Of a stretch of 64,000 bases of DNA, positions 59,247 through 64,000 are shown one piece after another. The notes below the pieces were generated by a model that saw only the letters and a list, made by a program, of their open reading frames with translations, was not told the origin of the DNA and ran no database searches. Origin of the DNA: Microcoleus sp. (GTDB lineage: Bacteria; Cyanobacteriota; Cyanobacteriia; Cyanobacteriales; Microcoleaceae). Every line of letters begins with the position of its first letter. Position 1 is the first letter of the stretch. The stretch covers positions 608,001 to 672,000 of the forward strand of contig CP181291.1 in assembly GCA_052279835.1 (NCBI GenBank). Reading direction: 5' to 3'. Both the position numbers and the translations under genes were made by a program.

Positions 59247-59663
59247 TTAACTAAATCTATCAATAAATATATCGGGAGTAACAATTTCTACTGCTTGAAA
59301 AGGATTTAATACCAATAAATCCAAATCACCCGTAACAATTACATTGGCATTACCACTAACAGCCAACTCTAAGAACTTATTATCCTTTTCATCTCGACAA
59401 ACGGAAATTTTTTCTGTTATAGAGACTAACTCGGACGCGCTGATAAATTTAAGCAAAAATACTTGTCTGTCTTCTAAAGAAAGATACTTGTTAAACTTTT
59501 TACGATTCAAAACTTGCTCTAATTCATTTAAAGTTGCTTCAGAATATAAAATTATTCCTTGCTTTTCTGCCAATTCAATCGCCCGAAAGGGGACTGAATT
59601 TTTAAACAGTAAAGCACTGATTAAAACATTCGTATCTACGACAAATCTATTCGTCATTATCAT
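59247..59663 (-). CDS. PIN-domain toxin (VapC-like)
   Basis: VVDTNVLISA, CRDEKDNKFLELA, IVTGDLDLL. Confidence 0.9.
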   Translation of the reverse strand: MIMTNRFVVDTNVLISALLFKNSVPFRAIELAEKQGIILYSEATLNELEQVLNRKKFNKYLSLEDRQVFLLKFISASELVSITEKISVCRDEKDNKFLELAVSGNANVIVTGDLDLLVLNPFQAVEIVTPDIFIDRFS

Positions 59664-59874
59664 CTGCTAAAATTTGTTGTAAAATCTCTGGCGTTAAGCC
59701 TCGCTGTTGTGCTTTATCAGAAATTTCTGCCATAACTTCAGTTAAACTTTTATTGTGTAAATTCCCTCTCAAAAACAATTGAACAATGTAGCTCAACTGT
59801 TTCTGAGTCTCAGAAGTAGCCCCTTCAAACGCCGTCTTAATATCTTCATCAACTTGAATCGTAATGCTTGCCAT
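59647..59874 (-). CDS. Putative antitoxin
   Basis: 75 aa, overlaps the PIN gene start; ISDKAQQRGLTPEILQQIL tail typical of such partners. Confidence 0.8.
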   Translation of the reverse strand: MASITIQVDEDIKTAFEGATSETQKQLSYIVQLFLRGNLHNKSLTEVMAEISDKAQQRGLTPEILQQILADDNDE

Positions 59875-60048
59875 AGTCCTTATTAATCCTTTGAATATAT
59901 GCTGTCATTAATTATGGCATAGTGACACCGCAACCCTCAATCTCAAAATCCACAGAAGCCACAAATGGGGCAACCACTTCTGGATTGCCCCTACTGGCCT
60001 CAAAATCTACTCTTCACTCCTAGACTGGGAAAAATACCCCATTCTCAT

Positions 60049-61278
60049 CTAAAAATCTCTCAATTGAGCTGTTTGAACAACAACATCTTTCGTCAAAGAA
60101 CCTCGCCGCACTTTCAGTTTCAAACTTTGACCTATCTTGCTGTTTTCCACCAGATTTTGCAACTTTGCCGCCGTCGTGACAGCCTCGCCGTCAATTTGGA
60201 CGATCGCATCTCCCTTGCGAATCCCTGCTTTCTCCGCAGGCGTATTTGGCACAACTCGCATCACTAACACCCCTTTGACTTCGGGTATCATCAAAGGAGC
60301 ATTCGGATCGGCGTTATTCTCTCTAGCAATTTCTGGAGTCAAATCAATCATTTGAATTCCCAAAAATGGGTGACTGACTTCTTCTCCCCGCGCTAACTGT
60401 GCGTAAATAGCTTTAGCTTTGTTGATGGGAATTGCAAAGCCAATACCCATTGCATCGGCTCGAATTGCTGTATTGATGCCGATTACTTCTCCTAAACCGT
60501 TTAAGAGGGGGCCGCCGGAATTGCCGGGATTGATGGCTGCGTCTGTTTGAATGAAATCGAGGCGCTTGTCGGGAATCCCCACGGCTGCGCTCGATCGCTT
60601 CAAGGTGCTGATAATTCCCAAGGTGACGGTATTGTCAAATCCTAGGGGGTTTCCCACGGCGATCGCCCAATCTCCCACTTTCACCGCATCAGAATCTCCC
60701 AAAGCGGCCACCGGCAAGTTAACACCCTTAGTATTAATTTTGACAACAGCCAAATCTGTCACCTCATCCGTACCTAACACTTCTCCCGGAAAAACGCTGC
60801 CGTCATTTAAGGTGACAGTCACTCGATCGGCTTTATCCACCACATGAGCGTTCGTTAATACAGTCCCGCTTTTGTCGATGACGAAGCCGGAACCTTGACC
60901 CCGCAAGCGTTCTTGTCTGGGGCTTTGGGTAGGAAACTCGTCTCCAAAAAATCTCCTAAATAAGGGGTCTTCCATTAATGGATCGAGGTTGCGGCTAACA
61001 GTGCGCTCGGTATCAATTCGCACCACTGCTGGCCCGACGCGATCGACTGCTAGTGTCACAAAACTATTGTTGCTAGCAGTCGCCGGGAGTTCTGTCCCTC
61101 GGAGTGCTAATAGTTGGGAAGGTGAGGCTATGGATTTGGCCGCCGGTTGAAAGTTACTTGCTGATGCTGATGCGGGGCTGATTGTCCAAGCCTGTAGGGC
61201 GATCGTAATTCCTAAAAATACGCCCAACAGCGAAGACACGATTCGGGGTGCTGGGCGAAAAAACTTGAGTATTCCCAT
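60049..61278 (-). CDS. htrA: HtrA/DegQ-family protease (HhoA-like) with PDZ
   Basis: [31 protein letters not shown]-terminal PDZ. Confidence 0.95.
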   Translation of the reverse strand: MGILKFFRPAPRIVSSLLGVFLGITIALQAWTISPASASASNFQPAAKSIASPSQLLALRGTELPATASNNSFVTLAVDRVGPAVVRIDTERTVSRNLDPLMEDPLFRRFFGDEFPTQSPRQERLRGQGSGFVIDKSGTVLTNAHVVDKADRVTVTLNDGSVFPGEVLGTDEVTDLAVVKINTKGVNLPVAALGDSDAVKVGDWAIAVGNPLGFDNTVTLGIISTLKRSSAAVGIPDKRLDFIQTDAAINPGNSGGPLLNGLGEVIGINTAIRADAMGIGFAIPINKAKAIYAQLARGEEVSHPFLGIQMIDLTPEIARENNADPNAPLMIPEVKGVLVMRVVPNTPAEKAGIRKGDAIVQIDGEAVTTAAKLQNLVENSKIGQSLKLKVRRGSLTKDVVVQTAQLRDF

Positions 61279-61302
61279 AGCGTGAATTTTATGCTAGCTG
61301 AG

Positions 61303-62532
61303 TTAGTTGGGCGCTGGAGTTCTGGTGCCGATTGAAATACTCACCGGCCTTTCATGGGTGGTGATTCTTGACGCTTCACAGGGTTCTGCTACCGGAGTAG
61401 TCTTACAATCCCTCAGCGCCCGTTTAGAGTCGTGGCGATTCCCCATCCCGACTTTCTCTATATTTCTGGCTGCATTTTCATCTCTATCTTGGTGTGTACC
61501 ACAACTTAGGCAAAGCACTGAGCGAATAGATAAATCAATCTTTCCCCATTTAAAGCCACAGTCTGAACAGACTTGACTCGTTGGTTCCCATCGACTAATT
61601 ACCTTGAATTGCCTGTCGAACTTTTCAGCTTTAGCTTCGCAAAGTGTTCGGAATTCGTACCATCCTTGCTGACTAATTGCTCTTGAAAGTTTCCGATTCT
61701 TCACCATGCCCGAAAGGTTGAGGTCTTCCAAAATAATCACTTGGTTTTCGTTGACTATTTTGGTTGACAGTTTGTGCAAGAAGTCTTTGCGGGTGTCGCC
61801 AATTCGATTGTGTAGTTTGGCAATCTTGATTCGAGTTACATTCCTTCTCTTAGATTCCTTTGGTTGGCGGGCTAATTTGCGTTGCAGTTTGCGAACTTTC
61901 CGATCTAGCTTTTTATAGCCAGGACTTTCAGCTTTTTCACCATTGCTCATTACTGCAAAAGCTTTAATCCCTAGGTCGATTCCGACGGTGGGATTCTTGG
62001 CTTCGTCGGATTGAACTGACTCAACCTCTACAACAAAACTTAAGAAATAGCGGTTTGCACAGTCTTTAATCACTGTCACAGAACTAGATGTTGATGGTAA
62101 TTCTCTAGACCATATTGGATTGACAATTCCAATCTTTGCTAAATAGACTCCATCACCTTTGAAGGAAAATCCTCCAATTCTAAAACGCGCCGACTGACTG
62201 CTGGTTCTTCTTTTGAACTTGGGATATCCGACTTTGCGTCCTTTTCGCTTTCCTTTACAGCAGTTGAAAAAGTTCTTGAAAGCGACATCCAGGTCGGCAA
62301 CCGACTGTTGTAATGGGACGCACGACACATCTCCTAGCCAAGCTCTTTCTTCGGTATTCTTAGCCTGAGTAATAACGATTTTTTGCAAATCCGCTGAACT
62401 TGGCTTTTTATCGGATTGCTTGCAGAGAGCGAGGGCATCGTTCCAGACTACGCGAACACAGCCGAACAACTGAGCCAAACTCTGCTGCTGTTGACTGGTC
62501 GGGTAAAACCTGTAGCGAAATCTTGCTTTCAT
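61303..62532 (-). CDS. tnpB: TnpB RNA-guided nuclease
   Basis: FRYRFYPT, LFGCVRVVWN, RuvC GIDLG / ILEDL / DRDENAA, zinc finger CSDCG...CLSCG. Confidence 0.96.
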   Translation of the reverse strand: MKARFRYRFYPTSQQQQSLAQLFGCVRVVWNDALALCKQSDKKPSSADLQKIVITQAKNTEERAWLGDVSCVPLQQSVADLDVAFKNFFNCCKGKRKGRKVGYPKFKRRTSSQSARFRIGGFSFKGDGVYLAKIGIVNPIWSRELPSTSSSVTVIKDCANRYFLSFVVEVESVQSDEAKNPTVGIDLGIKAFAVMSNGEKAESPGYKKLDRKVRKLQRKLARQPKESKRRNVTRIKIAKLHNRIGDTRKDFLHKLSTKIVNENQVIILEDLNLSGMVKNRKLSRAISQQGWYEFRTLCEAKAEKFDRQFKVISRWEPTSQVCSDCGFKWGKIDLSIRSVLCLSCGTHQDRDENAARNIEKVGMGNRHDSKRALRDCKTTPVAEPCEASRITTHERPVSISIGTRTPAPN

Positions 62533-63010
62533 GAGTGTGCTACGATTGGTCTGCTACGAAATCGTATCTTGGTTTGCCAAAAATGACAACCGTTTATCGC
62601 CGGGAACGCCATTCTGTTACAGAACTTAAAATGCACTTGGTCTGTGTTACGAAGTACCGTCGGTCTGTGTTTACAGGCGAAAGCCTTGATTTGATTGAAA
62701 GGTCGTTTCGAGAGGTTGACCAAAAGATGAATTTTCAAGTGCTAGAGTTTAACGGTGAAGGGAATCATGTTCATGTACTGATTGAGTATCCGCCGAAGCT
62801 TTCAGTTTCTCAAATTGTTAACGCGATCAAAGGGGTTTCCAGTCGTCGCGAAGGACAGGCCGGATACAAAAAACCCCATAAAGAAGCTTTGTGGAGTCCT
62901 AGTTATTTTGCGGTTTCCGCAGGTGGTGCACCTCTAGAAGTCCTGAAGGATTATATTAGAAATCAAGAAAAGCCGTCCTTTAAGGACGGGGCTTGTATCC
63001 CCGTTTCTTG
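61332..63010 (-). mobile_element. Complete IS200/IS605-family element with divergent tnpA and tnpB
   Basis: Right end ...GGTGAGTATTTCAA (minus, ends 61332); left-end hairpin CCGTCCT-TTA-AGGACGG and terminus CAAGAAAC at 63010 preceded by TGAC. Ends inferred by analogy. Confidence 0.85.
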
Positions 63011-63059
63011 GTCAGGAACGGGAGCACAAACTCAAGATCTTCTGAATTCTAACTATTAA
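62583..63059 (+). CDS. tnpA: IS200 Y1 transposase
   Basis: HLVCVTKYRR, HUH motif HVH, KGVSSR, LWSPSYF, catalytic DYIRNQ; ATG 62583. Confidence 0.93.
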   Translation: MTTVYRRERHSVTELKMHLVCVTKYRRSVFTGESLDLIERSFREVDQKMNFQVLEFNGEGNHVHVLIEYPPKLSVSQIVNAIKGVSSRREGQAGYKKPHKEALWSPSYFAVSAGGAPLEVLKDYIRNQEKPSFKDGACIPVSWSGTGAQTQDLLNSNY

Positions 63060-63069
63060 ATTTTACCCA

Positions 63070-63423
63070 ATGATCTTATCTGATACTTCTGCTGACCCAT
63101 CTTTGCCCTCAAATTCTCACCACCATCACGATGGTGACTCTGCTCACCCTCACCATCACGATGAAGAATCCATGCGACGGCTGGTGAATCGCTTGTCTCG
63201 GATTGAGGGACACGTTCGTGGCATTAAAACTATGGTACAGGAAAATCGCCCCTGTCCTGAAGTTCTAGTACAAGTTGCTGCGGTTAGAGGAGCTCTCGAT
63301 CGCGTCGCGAGAATCATTCTTGACGAACATTTAACTCAATGTATTGGTAGAGCTGCTAAGGAAGGCAATATTGATACAGAAATTGAAGAGTTGAAAGCTG
63401 CTTTAGATCGGTTTTTGCCTTAG
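63070..63423 (+). CDS. CsoR/RcnR-family metal-sensing repressor (InrS-like, His-rich N-terminus)
   Basis: RLSRIEGHVRGI, C(PEVL)...DEHLTQC metal ligands, HHHH arm. Confidence 0.92.
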   Translation: MILSDTSADPSLPSNSHHHHDGDSAHPHHHDEESMRRLVNRLSRIEGHVRGIKTMVQENRPCPEVLVQVAAVRGALDRVARIILDEHLTQCIGRAAKEGNIDTEIEELKAALDRFLP

Positions 63424-63605
63424 ATGCAGACAATTTCAATTTCCAAGAACTAAAAAACAACACAACCTGCAAGCTATACCTAGGGAGCAATTCATTCATT
63501 GCGCCTACAACTTGCTACCAAATATCAGCCCTATTTTGACTTTTTAGATCGATCTTCAAGCGTCAACCGTCCACAATCACCTGACGGTGTTATCAAAATT
63601 GATAT

Positions 63606-63684
63606 TAGACATCTCCCATAATTTCTGGCGGAGTAAGGGTTAGGCATTCAGCCAGCCCTTGACAGCCTGTTTGGGAAATGTCTA
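63606..63684. mobile_element. 79-bp MITE-like element with TA-flanked inverted repeats
   Basis: TAGACATCTCCCA and TGGGAAATGTCTA (12/13 match). Confidence 0.55.
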
Positions 63685-63696
63685 TTAGTGCTGAAT

Positions 63697-64000
63697 TTAG
63701 ACTTTGGTCAGTTTCGTTTTTAATTGGTATCTTACCGTGGCATAAACCGCTTTATAAGAAGCCTGAATGTTATATTCCTGCTGCAACCAATCTTGAATTT
63801 CTCCATAACTTTTGAAGCCTTTATGGGGATCGCTAAGGCGTACTGCTAAGCTAGCGCGGGCCAAAGGAGGAATTGCTGGCTTGCGGCCTCCGCTGTGCTT
63901 TGTTTCTAGGAGTCCTTCGAGTCCATCAGAACGGTATTTTCTGAGCCACCGCTGCACGGTAATTCGGTTTACGCCGATTGTCAGTGCCAATTCTTTCACT
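63697..64000 (-). CDS. IS630-type HTH/winged-helix protein, C-terminal part (runs off window end)
   Basis: RITVQRWLRKYRSDGLEGLL...GGRK...FKSYGEIQDWL...YKAVYATVRYQL; stops with no DDE domain visible. Confidence 0.75.
   Translation of the reverse strand, partial: VKELALTIGVNRITVQRWLRKYRSDGLEGLLETKHSGGRKPAIPPLARASLAVRLSDPHKGFKSYGEIQDWLQQEYNIQASYKAVYATVRYQLKTKLTKV

Noticed and set aside
61303..62532. Cas12f / type V CRISPR effector
   Set aside because: Paired with IS200 tnpA and IS ends, with no CRISPR array; ordinary TnpB.
1599..62738. Numerous 60-180 aa alternative-frame and antisense ORFs in the track
   Set aside because: They overlap well-supported genes and show no motifs; treated as shadow ORFs.
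63697..64000. Complete IS630 transposon
   Set aside because: The frame stops after the HTH region and no DDE domain is evident downstream; the 5' part is outside the window.

Overview
64 kb from the replication-origin region of a filamentous cyanobacterium (Oscillatoriales/Microcoleus-like, inferred from frequent HIP1 GCGATCGC sites, kaiABC and phytochrome genes). In order: dnaN (partial), oriC and dnaA; htrA, def, a P-loop kinase and a three-gene TerD cluster; a REP/20-bp repeat intergenic region; lysS, a LysR-controlled DJ-1/oxidoreductase pair and tkt. A ~20 kb signalling island follows, with a biliverdin-type phytochrome operon including a DXCF cyanobacteriochrome, a divergent ethylene-receptor-like kinase operon, and a Cache kinase-to-adenylate cyclase operon with one frameshifted gene. 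Next come an IS605 remnant, tRNA-Arg(CCG), kaiABC with a divergent pseudo-receiver kinase, and a TPR gene. An HTH-NB-ARC-WD40 (STAND) gene faces a cassette of secreted proteins, followed by a patatin plus membrane protein pair, a GST, a toxin-antitoxin/defence fragment hotspot, a second htrA, a complete IS605 (tnpA+tnpB), a CsoR/RcnR repressor and an IS630-type HTH fragment. The best candidates for something undescribed are the STAND regulator plus secreted cassette and the CBCR GAF with a duplicated DXCF motif inside a mirror-image light/ethylene island. All calls come from motif recognition by eye; no searches were run.
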